A model generated the notes under the pieces. It saw only the letters and a program-made list of their open reading frames with translations, was not told the DNA's origin and did no database searches. The position numbers and the translations under genes were made by a program. Source: Acidobacteriota bacterium (lineage in GTDB: Bacteria; Acidobacteriota; UBA890; WLXD01). From it: DNA of 64,000 nt. Positions 9,000 to 20,096 of this stretch are shown here, piece after piece. The first letter of the stretch is position 1. Every line of letters starts with the position of its first letter. The stretch is taken from contig CAXWPH010000015.1 of NCBI GenBank assembly GCA_963666055.2, positions 864,001 through 928,000 of the forward strand. Reading direction: 5' to 3'.

Positions 9000-11697
9000 A
9001 TGATGCCCAGTCCAGAGGAAGCGGCCGCGACTGCCGGTTGCGCTCCATCAACTAGAGCGGCCTCCTCACCGGACGACGGAAGCGCGTGCCTGTCGAGTCG
9101 AGCGCTCGTACTGGTGCTCTGCACCCAGCTCGCGCTGCTCGTGTTGCTGGCTCACCGGTTCCGAATCGAGGATGCGGGGTTCCGACATCTCCTGCTACTG
9201 ACGCTGGCCGGGTTTCTGCTGCACGCGTTGCTCCCGGAGCGGCTGCGGCTGCCCTTCTTCCTGTTGCTGTCCTTGGCCGGCATCGCAGTGGTGCTCGGTC
9301 CCGTCAACGGCGCATGGGTCGTCGGCATCGGCGTGGTGCTCTTTGGCATTTGTCACTTGCCGTTCGCTTTTTCCGTGCGCGTCGGCACGCTGGTCGTCGT
9401 GGCCGCGCTGCTGGTTGCCGTCAGGTCGGGAGCCGTCGACGTGCCGGTGCCGGGGGCAATCTGGCCGGTCCTCGGTTCGATGTTCATGTTCCGCCTGATC
9501 CTCTACCTGTACAGCTTGCGGCACGGTCTCGGCAGCCGCTCGTGGACGAGAGGGCTGGCGTATTTCTTCCTGTTACCCAACGTCTGCTTCCCGCTGTTCC
9601 CTGTCGTTGACTACACCACCTTCGAGCGCACCTACGTCGACGGCGACCGTCTGCGGATCGCCCAGGGCGGCATCCGCTGGATGGCGCACGGCATCGTCCA
9701 TCTGCTGCTGTACCGCTTCGTCTACCACCACCTCGCTGTGGGCCCGGAGGATGTTGCCAGCGGCCCGCAGCTGGCGAGCTTCATGCTCACCAACTTCCTG
9801 TTGTACTTGCGGGTGTCTGGTCAGTTCCACGTCATCATCGGCATGCTGCAGCTCTTCGGCTTCAACCTGCCGCGCGCCAACCACCACTATCTGCTGGCGT
9901 CGAGCTTCAGCGACTTCTGGCGGCGCATCAACATCTACTGGAAAGACTTCATGCTGAAGGCTGTCTACTACCCGTCGTTCTTCCGCTTCAAACATCTGGG
10001 GGCAGCATCGGCGCTTTCCTGCTCGATCGTGATCGTTTTTGTCGCCACCTGGCTGCTGCACGCTTATCAGTGGTTCTGGCTGCTCGGTTCGTTCCGTCTG
10101 ACCTGGCAGGACGGGACCTATTGGGGGCTGCTCGCGGTGCTGGTGCTGGTCGACTCGAAGTTCGAGCGCCGTCGGGCGGCGGCACCACCAACGAGCTCCG
10201 TCGCCGGGGCGCTGCGCGCCTCCGCTGCGCGCGGCCTGCGAGTATCGGGGACGCTTGCGACCATGTGCGTGCTCTGGTCGTTGTGGACGGCGGAGTCGCT
10301 GGCGCAGTGGGGCGGGATGTGGGTGCGAGCCGCCGGTGATCCGCTCGGGCCGCTGTCCGCGTGGATGGCGGTGTTGGTGGTAGCAGGCGTAGGTTTGCTC
10401 GCGGGCCTGACCGCCGAGATTGCGGCCCACAAAGTTGTGGCGTCTCGGTCTGGCGGGCGATCCGAGTGGCTGACTTGTTTGGCTGCACGGCTCGACCGCC
10501 ACCTGAGCGGTCGCTGGACGGGACGCCTTGCCGGCGTGCGCCGGAGCTATTCCGCACGCGCCTGGTGGGCGCCGTCGACCGGCTGTTCCGCGCTGATCGC
10601 CCTGCTACTGATTCTCAGCACCCCGGCGTTTACGTCGCCGCTCGGCACGCGCACCGCCCAGGTGCTGGAATCGATGCGCGATTCACGTCTCAGCGACCGT
10701 GATCAGGCGCTGCTGGCGAGCGGCTACTACGAGCGCCTGCTGGCGGGGGCACAGGCAAACCCGCAGGTTCGGCAGGTGGTTGCCAGCGCGCAGGGTGGTG
10801 AGATGAATTTCTACGCCACCCGCGTGGGTCGCATGAGCATCGACTTCGTGGGGCGTGAACTGGTTCCATCGAGCCAAGCGAACTTTCGTGGTGCCTTGGT
10901 CGAGGTGAACTCGATGGGGATGCGCGATCGTGAGTACTCGAGGAAGAAGCCGGCCGGCACCGTGCGTATTGCAGTGCTCGGCGCGTCCGTAACCATGGGT
11001 TGGGGCGTGGGCACTGAGGAGAACTTCGAGAGCCAGTTGGAGGAGCGTCTGAACCGGGGCTCCGGCGAGGGCGGTGCACCATCGTACGAAAGTACTCAAC
11101 TTTGCGGTCGCCGCCTACACGGAGCTCGAGCAGGTGTGGGTACTCGACCACCGCGCGCTACGGTTCTCGCCCGACGTGATGCTGATCGTGTCGACGTCGC
11201 GAAGCATCGACCCGGTCCGCCGGTTCGCCGAGAAGATCAACTGGGATCTTCCGCTGATCTACCCCACGCTGATCAACATCCGCGAACAGTTGCAGCTCTC
11301 GGCCGAGGGGGCCGACAGCGAGGAGGCGATCACCACTCGCCTGGAGCCCTACCGCAACAAGCTCACCAGCTGGACGTACCGGAGGATGGCGCAGCGCAGC
11401 AGGACAAAAGGGCTGCTCCCAGTCGCCGTCCTGCTGCCGGGCCCCCGCGAGACGTTCTGGCCCCAAAGGATGATCTTGCGAGCCGAGCAGCTGCGCGAGG
11501 TTGGCTTCGAGGTGCTCGATCTCCTAGGAGTCTACGACAACCAGAATCTCGACGATCTGATCGTCACGGAATACGATATCCACCCCTCAGCGTACGCTCA
11601 CCAGCTGATTGCCGATCGTCTCTTCGAGGCGTTGCGGGGCAATCGGCGAACGGCGTCGGTGATCTGGGGTGACGGTACGAGTGATGGTGGATCCTAG
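9000..11697 (+). CDS. MBOAT O-acyltransferase fused to C-terminal SGNH-like domain; +1 frameshift at 11089-11091
   Basis: FSDFWRRINIYWKDFM and ATWLLHAYQW (MBOAT His); GASVTMGWG then, after removing one A from gAAAgta, YEVLNFAVAAY...YDIHPS. Confidence 0.85.
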
Positions 11698-11950
11698 CGA
11701 CAACGACATTCGTGAAGTGGTCCACGGTTATCTGGTGTCCCAGGTGCTGCCTACTGACGACCCCGCCTCGCTTACCGACGAGACTGCGCTGCTGACCGGG
11801 GGCATCCTCGACTCCATCGCGACGCTCCAACTCGTCGTCCTCCTCGAAGACAAGTTCGATGTCTCGCTGGCGGCCCACGAGGTGAGCGTCGACAACTTCG
11901 ACAGTATCGCCGCCATCGTCAGGCTGGTCGGCACCAAGCTGGGCCGGTGA
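11684..11950 (+). CDS. Acyl carrier protein
   Basis: GILDSIATLQLV phosphopantetheine motif, acidic, NFDSIAAI; overlaps both neighbours. Confidence 0.9.
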   Translation: MVDPSDNDIREVVHGYLVSQVLPTDDPASLTDETALLTGGILDSIATLQLVVLLEDKFDVSLAAHEVSVDNFDSIAAIVRLVGTKLGR

Positions 11951-13641
11951 TGCGAGGACGTACGAGCGCCCCGTGGGCGGATTCGATCCAGGGGCGCATC
12001 GGGGCACGGATCGCCGCGCAGCCAGGGGATGGGGCGCTGGCCTTTGTTGCCGGCGACGGCCACCTGGACCGATGGACGTGGAAAGCACTCGACGCCGAGG
12101 CGCGTCGGCGCGCCGCCCTGTTACGCGACGCTGGTCTGGGTCGCGGCGACGTCTGCGTGCTGGTGCTACCCAGCGACGCCGATTGCGCCCTGACGCTGCT
12201 GGGCGTGCTCGTCCTCGGCGCCGTGCCGTTGCTGATCGCGCCCCCGACCATCCAGGGCTCCAAGGGGCACCTCGCGGAGATCGTCGCGCGTGTGACGCGC
12301 AAGACAGAGGCGCGGCTGGTAATCGAGGAGCCACTCCGCGGTGACCCGGCGCAGGAGGTGGAAGCGTGGCACGAACCGGCGTCGGATGCCGTCGCCGCAC
12401 TGCAGCTCACGTCGGGCACGACGGGGTTCCCGCGGGTCTGCGTCTGGAGCCAGCGCGGCGTGCTCGCCGCCCTCGAGGCCATGCAGCAGGCGATGCGGCT
12501 GGGCGCGCGCGATCGCTGCGTCAACTGGACGCCGCTCTACCACGACATGGGACTGGTCAACAACTTCCTGCTCTGCCTCTGCTGCGGCGTGCCGCTGGCG
12601 CAAATGACGCCGCAGGACTTCATCAAGCGGCCGGCGCTCTGGCTGCGCACCCTGAGCGACACCGGGGCGACCGTCACGTGGTCGCCGAACTTCGGGTTCG
12701 CTATCTGCGTCGCCTCCATCCGCGACGCGGATCTCGAGGGCGTGCGGTTGCACGGAGTGCGCGCTTTCTACAACGCTGCCGAGCGCATCCATCACCCGAC
12801 GATCCGGCGGTTCAGGGAGCGCTTCGCCCCGTTCGGGGTCGGCCCCCACGCCGTGCGCACGAACTTCGGCTGCGCCGAGAACGTTGGCGGAGCAACCTTC
12901 AGTGACCCGGATGGTCCGTACGTCGTCGAGCGCGTCGACGCCGACCGCCTAGAGCACGATCGACTCGCCGTCCTGGCGCCCGGGGGCGCTACCGCACGCC
13001 AAGGACGCACCGTCGAGATCGTCGGGGTCGGCCGCCCGGCGCCCGGCCTGGAGGTCGAGATCTTGGAGCGCAGCGGCGAGCCGCTACCGCAGGGCAGCGT
13101 TGGGGAGATAGCGATACGGACACCGTCGCGGATGCTCCGCTACCTCGGCGACGGCCAAGCTACGCACGAGGCGATCCGCGGCGACCTGTTGCTGACCGGC
13201 GACCTCGGTTACGTGCGCCACGGCGAAGTCTTTTGGATCGGTCGCGTACGGGAGCGCATCGTGCTTAGCGGAAGGAAGTTTGATCCGAGCGATTTCGAGC
13301 AGGCGCTGCTGTCAGTCGACGAGCTCCGCCCCGGTTGCTTCGTGGCGTTCGGCGTCGACGATCCGGCCCGTGGCACGCAAAAATTGGTGATCGCCGCTGA
13401 GGTTCGCGATCCCGTCGGTTTCGTTGGCATCGAGGCCAACGCTAACGAGAGTGCTGCCGAGCTCGAGGCGCTACGCCAACGCGTGCACGCCGCCGTGGTG
13501 CGGGAGGTCGGAGTGCGCATCGACGAACTGTTGCTGGTGCCGCGGGGAAGCCTGACGAAGACGTCGAGCGGCAAGCGTCGCCACCGCCATTGCAAAGGTC
13601 TTTACCTGCGCGGCGAGTTCCCCGCTCCGTTTCCGCGTTGA
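11947..13641 (+). CDS. Fatty acyl-AMP ligase (FAAL)-like adenylation enzyme
   Basis: QLTSGTTGFPR, WTPLYHDMGLV, PNFGF, FGCAE, TGDLG, KTSSGK. Confidence 0.85.
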   Translation: MMRGRTSAPWADSIQGRIGARIAAQPGDGALAFVAGDGHLDRWTWKALDAEARRRAALLRDAGLGRGDVCVLVLPSDADCALTLLGVLVLGAVPLLIAPPTIQGSKGHLAEIVARVTRKTEARLVIEEPLRGDPAQEVEAWHEPASDAVAALQLTSGTTGFPRVCVWSQRGVLAALEAMQQAMRLGARDRCVNWTPLYHDMGLVNNFLLCLCCGVPLAQMTPQDFIKRPALWLRTLSDTGATVTWSPNFGFAICVASIRDADLEGVRLHGVRAFYNAAERIHHPTIRRFRERFAPFGVGPHAVRTNFGCAENVGGATFSDPDGPYVVERVDADRLEHDRLAVLAPGGATARQGRTVEIVGVGRPAPGLEVEILERSGEPLPQGSVGEIAIRTPSRMLRYLGDGQATHEAIRGDLLLTGDLGYVRHGEVFWIGRVRERIVLSGRKFDPSDFEQALLSVDELRPGCFVAFGVDDPARGTQKLVIAAEVRDPVGFVGIEANANESAAELEALRQRVHAAVVREVGVRIDELLLVPRGSLTKTSSGKRRHRHCKGLYLRGEFPAPFPR

Positions 13642-13707
13642 CGCAGGGGCCGAGTCGAGTGCCCGGTTCCATTGAGCCGTCGGCCTGCTACGAGCCCCTA
13701 GGCCAGC

Positions 13708-14292
13708 TCACGCGCTGCCATCCCGCCGGGTCAACGCTGTCAGGACTTCCAGCACGTCCGCCAGCAACGCCCCATCTTCCGTGAGCAAGCGGTTTCGTCG
13801 GCCAAAAAGGACCGGCTGCGACTGCAGCCGCAGAGCCTTGTGCACACCCTCGTCCGCGTGAACTCGAAAATAGGGTCCTGGGCGACACCGATAGGCAACC
13901 CGATAGTCTTTCAGAATCGCGCCAAATGGACGATGCGCACGCTCGATGTCTGCCCGTGCAGCTTTGGGAAGGAGCATGTAATGGACATCGATCGTGCCGT
14001 ACTCAACCGGCCGATCATCGCGATCGAGGCAGAGCACCACCTCGCGCGTATAGACCTTCGAAGTTCGCTGTTGATTCAGCACGCGGAGGTGGATCTCGTC
14101 TCTGAAGAATCCCTGCAACGTCGAGGTCATGTCGTGCTCGTGCACCAAGAGCTGGCGTGCGGGCTGCGGGATGTCGCGAGGGTCTATCTGCTCGAGTCGA
14201 GGTTGGCACCGTGCCGCGTCCCGGCGGGTCTCGGGCTGCTCCTCGGGGCTTTTGGTTTCGTCCATGAGTTCCTGGAGAGTCGTCGAGCCCAT
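13708..14292 (-). CDS. Chorismate pyruvate-lyase/UTRA-fold protein
   Basis: LLVHEHDMTSTL, REVVL..PVEYGTI, PFGAIL, FGRRNRL..LADVLEVL pattern; RBS gaggg before ATG 14292. Confidence 0.65.
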   Translation of the reverse strand: MGSTTLQELMDETKSPEEQPETRRDAARCQPRLEQIDPRDIPQPARQLLVHEHDMTSTLQGFFRDEIHLRVLNQQRTSKVYTREVVLCLDRDDRPVEYGTIDVHYMLLPKAARADIERAHRPFGAILKDYRVAYRCRPGPYFRVHADEGVHKALRLQSQPVLFGRRNRLLTEDGALLADVLEVLTALTRRDGSA

Positions 14293-14344
14293 TGCCGTTT
14301 CCCTCCCAGCGACATCGGGGTCGGCTCGAGTTGCGGGCACCTCA

Positions 14345-14660
14345 GGATAGCCGTAGAGGTGCGGTCGCTGGAAGAGATCCTGGAACTGGATTTCGATAGG
14401 GTTGCTTGCTCACATAACAACAAGCCCGATGCGGCGCGCGGAGGAACGAAGCAAGAAGCGATAGAGAGTCTGCAATTCATTCGGGACTTGCGCGCGGTCA
14501 TTTATGCAGAGTTCCCAAAAGGCACCAATTCGATGATGGTCGCAGGGATCGTACGCCTACCGGAATGCCAGAGCTGGCCATGTATGATCAGTGGCTTGAA
14601 ATGAATGCCTGGCAACTGCTGTCAGACGACTGGATGGGCTCGGTTCCCTGGCGGCCTGAT
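14345..14660 (+). pseudogene. C-terminal remnant resembling an MBL-fold hydrolase
   Basis: RSLEEILELDFDRVACSH...GTKQE..QFIRDLRA then, in a shifted frame, AMYDQWLEMNAW..WMG; no start. Confidence 0.45.
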
Positions 14661-14706
14661 CACTACTAGCGGCTGAAGAGACGACGCTACCCATGTCTGG
14701 CGACAA

Positions 14707-15147
14707 ATGAGACTCGCATCGCTGGTCCTCCTCTGCTTCGTCGCCGGACCCATTGCCGCGCAGGACGCACAGTCGGACCTCTTCCGGGACCGCCTCAAGG
14801 ATGTCCCCCAACTGCCGATGGACCGCATCCAAGTGAAGGTTGGTCCCTCACTGGTTCTCGAGGGGATCTCAGCGGTGTCGGTAGACGAACAAGGCAATGT
14901 CTATGTGCTTCATCGGCCGACCGCTGGAGATCCCGTGGTGGTGCTTGATCCTATGGGGCACTTCCTGCGGTCTTGGGGCGCGGGTATGTTCAATATTCCC
15001 CACGGCATCCGCATCGATCCAGTCGGTAACGTATGGACGGTGGACTCCAACACATCCAAGGTCTACAAGTTCACGCCGGAAGGAGCGCTGCTTCTTGAAA
15101 TACAGATCGAGCTGCCAGAGTCAGGAAGGGGCTTCCACGAGCGCTAG
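14707..15147 (+). pseudogene. Truncated NHL-repeat (PAL-like) beta-propeller
   Basis: Signal peptide, SWGAGMFNIPHGIRIDPVGNVWTVD; ends after about two blades. Confidence 0.7.
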
Positions 15148-15539
15148 TGAGCTAGTGCTGTTGATACGGACGGCTTTTCCCGAGCTCGTTTTCCTGGACC
15201 TGCACACTCGCCGAGACCCTTCTCTCGCAAACCGCCGTGGATTCTGGCGTGCCTGCCGCTGCTCCGGTGGGGCTGGCTCCGAACCGGGATAGGGCCGCGG
15301 TCGAGGCGAGCGACGGCATCGAGATCCTCTATGTCGCCAGCCGGATGGAGGGGACTGAGCTTCCAGGTGATCGGCAAGTTCGACGCCCCGCCAGACATAC
15401 TGTTACGCTAGCGCGCGCCACGACAATAGCGTCTCGATCATCTCGCTCGCCGAAGAACGAGAGGTCGCCGGAACATTGAGCGTGGACCCGCTGACCAACA
15501 GGATCAAAAGGGTCAGTCGGGCCCATTCGGGGTGGTGTC

Positions 15540-17948
15540 GTGATCCGCGAATCTGGGTACGGGGGCGGACCCGGTGCGCGACGTGCGCCGTGGCCAGCGT
15601 GGGTCCTGCACCATCGGCGCGCTATTTTCGCGCTGCTCACGATTGTCAGCGTGACGGCCCTGCCGCTCGCGGTACAGATCCGCTTCGACTTCAACTTCCA
15701 GGACTACTTCCCGGAAAGTGACCCTGTGCGCGACGACTACCGTCGCTTGTTGACCGACTTTCCGGCGGAGGAGTCGGAGTTCGTCGTCCTGATCCAGGAC
15801 GACGACATCTTCACGCGCCAAGGCACACAGGCGCTCATCGCCCTGACCCGTGGGCTCGAGCGGGCGGAATGGTTCTCACAGGTCACAGGGCCGGTGAACC
15901 TGCCGCCAAGTCTCTTCGGCACCTTCCGCGATACCTACCGGCGTATCGTCGCCGGCGAACCCGTTGCCGACACCGACTATGCAGAGCTTCGGGAGCGCGC
16001 GGTGCGCCACCCGCTGCTACGCAAGAACCTCGTCGGCGAGGACGACAACCTCGTGGTGCTGCGCGCCGTCATGAAGCCGGAACACGTCACCGACAGCGGC
16101 CGTGAGGGGGCGCGCCGTTATCTCGTTGGCCTGCTGGCGGAGTACGAGGCTCGGTTCGACGAGGTCGTCTACACCGGCTTTTCGGGAGTTCGCGCCGACT
16201 TCGCGCGCGTCATGCAGCGCGAGCAGCGGCTTCTCTTCCCCGTCGTGCTCGTGGCGCTGCTGCTGGTGCTGATCTTCTTTCTCGGTTGTTCCTGGCTGGT
16301 GATCTTTCCGCTGCTGACCTCGACCGCAGCGCTCACCTGGACCCTGGCGATCATGGTGTTGCGGGACACACCGTTCACGATCCTCTCGACTGGCCTGCCG
16401 GTTCTGCTGGTGATCCTCGGGATCTCCGACTCGCTGCACATCTTTTACCGCTACCGCTGTGCGCGGTCCCATGGGCAGCCGCAACACGATGCTGTTGTCA
16501 ATACCTTCAGCGAGCTCGGTCGCGTCTGCTTCTTCACCAGCATGACCACCGCGGTGGGCTTCGTGGCCTTGACTGCCACCAACCTGCCCGTGCTGCGCGA
16601 TTTCGGCTTCTACACGGGTCTCGGCATCGTGCTGAACTACGTGTTGATGATGACGGCGCTGCCGATCCTGCTGTCGAGTCGGTTGGCACGACGCGTCGAG
16701 ACCGCCCCTTGCAGCGCGGCGATTACCTTCGAGGCGTACCTACCGTCGAGCCTGGTGCGACTGTCACGCCACCCACGCGCATGGGTGCCGATCTTCGCGC
16801 TGGCGGTAGCCATGCCCTCGATCGGTATCGTCAAACTGTACGAGGACACGCGTGTTCACCAGGGACTGGCGCAGCGTAACTGGCTCGACCACAAGATCCG
16901 CCGCGCCGAGGCCATGGTCAGCGGATTGCTCCCCTTCGGTGTTGTCCTCCACTTCGACGACGATGCTGCCCTGACCTCCCGCGAGACTTTGCGGCAAGTG
17001 GAGGCCGTCCAGCGCCACCTCGAGCGGCAGAGCGACGTGGTCGGCTCGGCGGCCTCGGTGTTCGATCTGGCCAAGTTCGTGCACTACGTCGACCTGGAGA
17101 AGCTCAAGGCGAGCCCGATGTTCATCGATATCGGCGATCTCGACGAGGATCCAGCCAACTGGGATGCCGAGTGGCTCGACGTTGTCGGCGGCGGGCTGAG
17201 AACGCGTCTGCTCGCGTTGCGTGACGAGCGGCCGTCGCTCATCGACAGTGTGGTGAACTTCGAGGCTCGCCGGCTGCTGATCCGCTGTCGACTGTACGAT
17301 GTCAGCTCGACGCGGTTGCGATCGTTCTTCCGCGAGCTCGAGGCATTCCTCCAGGATCGCGCGCGCGACGGCGCGTCCTTCGACTGGACCGTGGCGGGGC
17401 TTCCGAATCTCTCGCTCAGCCTGTCGGAGCGCGTCATCCGCTACATGCTCGGTACCTTCGGGCTGTCACTACTGGTGATCCTGGCCGGCTTCACCGTTGC
17501 CTTTCGCTGTCCGCGCATGGCGTCAATCAGCCTGGTGCCGAATGTCATCCCGCTGTTCATCATCCTCGGCGTCCTCGGCTGGCTGGGGATCCCGCTGCAG
17601 CCTTCGATCATCGTTATCTTCAGCATCGTCTACGGCATCGCGGTGAACGACACCATCCACTTCATCTCGCGCTTTGCTTTCGAGCGTCGTGAGCTGCCGA
17701 CAAGCGGTGCTACCGAGGCCGCCCTGCGGGTGACGGCCGCGCCGATGGTGGCCAGCTCCGCTGTATTGGTGGTCGGATTCGCGGTGCTGACGTTCTCCGA
17801 GTTCCTCGGGCTTGCCTACCTCGGCCTGCTGCTCGGTGTTGGCATCCTCGCCGCGCTGGTCGCCGACCTGCTGCTGTTGCCGCTGGCGCTCAAGCGCTGG
17901 GGCCCCACCGACGATACCTCCCACGAGCGTTCGCTCGTAGCGGAGTAG
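15540..17948 (+). CDS. MMPL/RND-family transporter
   Basis: Two membrane repeats, GISDSLH and GIAVNDTIH, TTAVGF. Confidence 0.9.
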   Translation: MIRESGYGGGPGARRAPWPAWVLHHRRAIFALLTIVSVTALPLAVQIRFDFNFQDYFPESDPVRDDYRRLLTDFPAEESEFVVLIQDDDIFTRQGTQALIALTRGLERAEWFSQVTGPVNLPPSLFGTFRDTYRRIVAGEPVADTDYAELRERAVRHPLLRKNLVGEDDNLVVLRAVMKPEHVTDSGREGARRYLVGLLAEYEARFDEVVYTGFSGVRADFARVMQREQRLLFPVVLVALLLVLIFFLGCSWLVIFPLLTSTAALTWTLAIMVLRDTPFTILSTGLPVLLVILGISDSLHIFYRYRCARSHGQPQHDAVVNTFSELGRVCFFTSMTTAVGFVALTATNLPVLRDFGFYTGLGIVLNYVLMMTALPILLSSRLARRVETAPCSAAITFEAYLPSSLVRLSRHPRAWVPIFALAVAMPSIGIVKLYEDTRVHQGLAQRNWLDHKIRRAEAMVSGLLPFGVVLHFDDDAALTSRETLRQVEAVQRHLERQSDVVGSAASVFDLAKFVHYVDLEKLKASPMFIDIGDLDEDPANWDAEWLDVVGGGLRTRLLALRDERPSLIDSVVNFEARRLLIRCRLYDVSSTRLRSFFRELEAFLQDRARDGASFDWTVAGLPNLSLSLSERVIRYMLGTFGLSLLVILAGFTVAFRCPRMASISLVPNVIPLFIILGVLGWLGIPLQPSIIVIFSIVYGIAVNDTIHFISRFAFERRELPTSGATEAALRVTAAPMVASSAVLVVGFAVLTFSEFLGLAYLGLLLGVGILAALVADLLLLPLALKRWGPTDDTSHERSLVAE

Positions 17949-18053
17949 ATCCGAGGTGTGCCTGGGTATCGTGAAGTTCTTGCTCGGAGAAGGTGCGCTT
18001 CTCAGAGCACGCCATGGAGGTACCTTCCGGCCCGGGCCGACCTGCGGCAGCCT

Positions 18054-18338
18054 TCAGTTAGACGGTTGCCGGCTGCGTCTAATCGCTGCCATCCCTACAG
18101 CCAGCCAGCCGCCCGCGGCGACAAGAAGACCCAGTCGCCCGCCGATCGTTTCGCCCCGCTCTCTTGCACCTGCAACTCGCTCGTCCCAGTTCATGCTGGC
18201 TGCCACACCGCCGGCCTGTCGGCCTAGCTCAAACCCTACAGCGAGTGTTCCCGTCACAAGGACCGCGAACGCCGCGCCCCGCAACCAAGCGCTGAGAATC
18301 CAGAGCTGCCTACTTCTGCGATGTCGAGTGTTATCCAT
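18054..18338 (-). CDS. Small hypothetical membrane protein
   Basis: Two hydrophobic segments; start uncertain. Confidence 0.45.
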   Translation of the reverse strand: MDNTRHRRSRQLWILSAWLRGAAFAVLVTGTLAVGFELGRQAGGVAASMNWDERVAGARERGETIGGRLGLLVAAGGWLAVGMAAIRRSRQPSN

Positions 18339-18630
18339 GGGCGTCTGGGTAGGGGGCGAGCCTTGTCCGATGCGCTTCCGACATCCCTTGTCGAGGCCCG
18401 GCGCACGATGACCAAGTCGTGTGACGGCACCACGACGACGAACCGGCCGCGGTTGGGAGTTGCCTCGGTTTGGTGGACGGTCGCACGGCATTCTGACGCT
18501 GTGCTGACAACTTCCTCACGGCAACCACACAGATGTCTTGCGCTGTCGCCACCTCCGGGACCTCCGAAGCCGGTAGTCTCCGGACATTCGCCATAACACC
18601 CGATACTGGCGCACAACTACGGAGGTAGGC

Positions 18631-18768
18631 ATGAGCGTCCGGCGCATTTTTCCGATGATCCTGCTGACCATACTGGCGATAGCGTTGCCGTACATGCGCC
18701 CTGCTGCCGCGGGTGCCAGGATCGCTGTTGTGGCCACGGCGCCGACGGTAGTGGTGCCGTCATGCTGA
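18631..18768 (+). CDS. 45-aa ORF (signal-peptide-like) absent from the ORF track
   Basis: GGAGGT RBS then MSVRRIFPMILLTILAIALPYMRPAAAGARIAVVATAPTVVVPSC*. Confidence 0.4.
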   Translation: MSVRRIFPMILLTILAIALPYMRPAAAGARIAVVATAPTVVVPSC

Positions 18769-18805
18769 GGCGCTCGTGAGGTATCCCTTCCTCAACGGAG
18801 CCAGT

Positions 18806-19096
18806 CTACTTCGACATCATTTCGTACACTCTGATGCTCGAAATGTAGGGATTGGTCTGCGCCATCTTTTCTGCAGCATCAAGGCTCTCGGCGCTCATGC
18901 TTGTGAACCCCGTGATCGAGTCCAGGCCCAGTGGCAAATCTGCAGTGCCGGATTTTGAGATTTCTCGCCCACCACTGAAATGGCCACCCATATCGACAAT
19001 GTTGTCTTTCATCGACTCGAACCATTGGCCCCAGGCTGCCATGATTTCTGGGGTCGGCTTTGCAAATCCGTAGTGCAAGAATAGAAATTTCTTCAC
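18806..19096 (-). CDS. YciI-like protein
   Basis: MKKFLFLH..AWGQWF..ITGF..AESLDAA..NP..SIRVYE; RBS aaggag. Confidence 0.75.
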   Translation of the reverse strand: MKKFLFLHYGFAKPTPEIMAAWGQWFESMKDNIVDMGGHFSGGREISKSGTADLPLGLDSITGFTSMSAESLDAAEKMAQTNPYISSIRVYEMMSK

Positions 19097-19167
19097 GTTT
19101 CTCTCCTTGTTGTTAGTTCTTTCCCACGATCAAGCTCAACGCTCACCTGGTGGCGGTTTCGAGTTTT

Positions 19168-19479
19168 CTATTTGCCTTTCATACGTCTGGCGATCTCAGT
19201 GCCGTAGGCCGACAGCGCGTCGGACCAGAAACTCTCTAGGTACTGGCGCAGGTCCTCGAGCCCGTCGCGTTTGATGAGATACAAGCGACGATTCCCCTGC
19301 GGCTCAACGCTGACTAACTTCGCTGCCTCGAGCACCTTCAGATGTTGCGACACGGCGGGCCGGCTCACTGGCTGGCCTTTCGCCAGCTCCCCCACCGTCT
19401 GCGGCTGCTCGCGCAGCGCCTCGAAAATGTGACGCCGGGTTGGGTCTGCCAGTGCGGAGAAGACTGCAGCGTAAGCCAT
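19168..19479 (-). CDS. ArsR/SmtB transcriptional regulator
   Basis: ALADPTRRHI, SRPAVSQHLKVL. Confidence 0.92.
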   Translation of the reverse strand: MAYAAVFSALADPTRRHIFEALREQPQTVGELAKGQPVSRPAVSQHLKVLEAAKLVSVEPQGNRRLYLIKRDGLEDLRQYLESFWSDALSAYGTEIARRMKGK

Positions 19480-19480
19480 G

Positions 19481-19504
19481 ACTTACCGTAAGTTATAGCT
19501 TACT
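19481..19504 (-). promoter_or_regulatory. Probable ArsR autoregulatory operator
   Basis: Overlapping palindromes GTAAG-N6-CTTAC and ACTTAC-C-GTAAGT abutting the ATG. Confidence 0.45.
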
Positions 19505-19550
19505 AAGATGCAAGCAGCTAGATGTTCTGGACGGGCAACTAGGCCCTGCC

Positions 19551-19844
19551 TTGCAAGCTATCCACGAGCAGCTGGATCACGACTGGACGATCGGCGCCCT
19601 TGCCAGCGTTGCCCAAATGTCACGGACGCAGTTTGCGCGCCGATTCAAAGACGTGTTGCAGCAAACGCCTATTCAGTATCTGATCAACTGGCGACTCCAA
19701 TCGGCCCGGCAGCTGCTGCGGGAGAGCGACCTCAACGTGGAAGCGATTGCATTTCGCGTAGGATATCAATCGCTGCCGTCGTTTAGTCGTAGCTTCAAGG
19801 AACGGTTCGGTGTGCCGCCGGCTGCCTATCGCCGCTCTCAGTGA
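19551..19844 (+). pseudogene. AraC-family HTH domain only (N-terminal sensor missing)
   Basis: WTIGALA..MSRTQFARRF..VGYQSLPSFSRSFK..GVPP. Confidence 0.75.
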
Positions 19845-20096
19845 TCTTGAGCGGAGAAACCGTCGCTCCCTCAAATGAAACTCCCGGTCGGATGGTTAGG
19901 TGGCGACTTCATGGGTGGCCACTCCAGATCAAGGACCTTGCCACGATGATGCTCTGAGATCAGGAGCCAGGCACGAACGCATGAATGAGGCTGTTTGTGT
20001 GGAGTATCGTGGTCGGGGAGCTCAGCCAACGGCTCGGGGGCCGAGCCAGGATCACCCGCAACCGGGAAACGGGACAACTTGTATCGACAGCCAGGA

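Noticed and set aside
11089-11672. Programmed frameshift, or an Arg-rich MBOAT tail
   Set aside because: No slippery heptamer; tail is off-frame and the SGNH motifs continue in the other frame
14707-18768. RiPP cluster from PAL-like protein, MMPL and small ORF
   Set aside because: PAL-like gene is truncated; no modifying enzymes or precursor features
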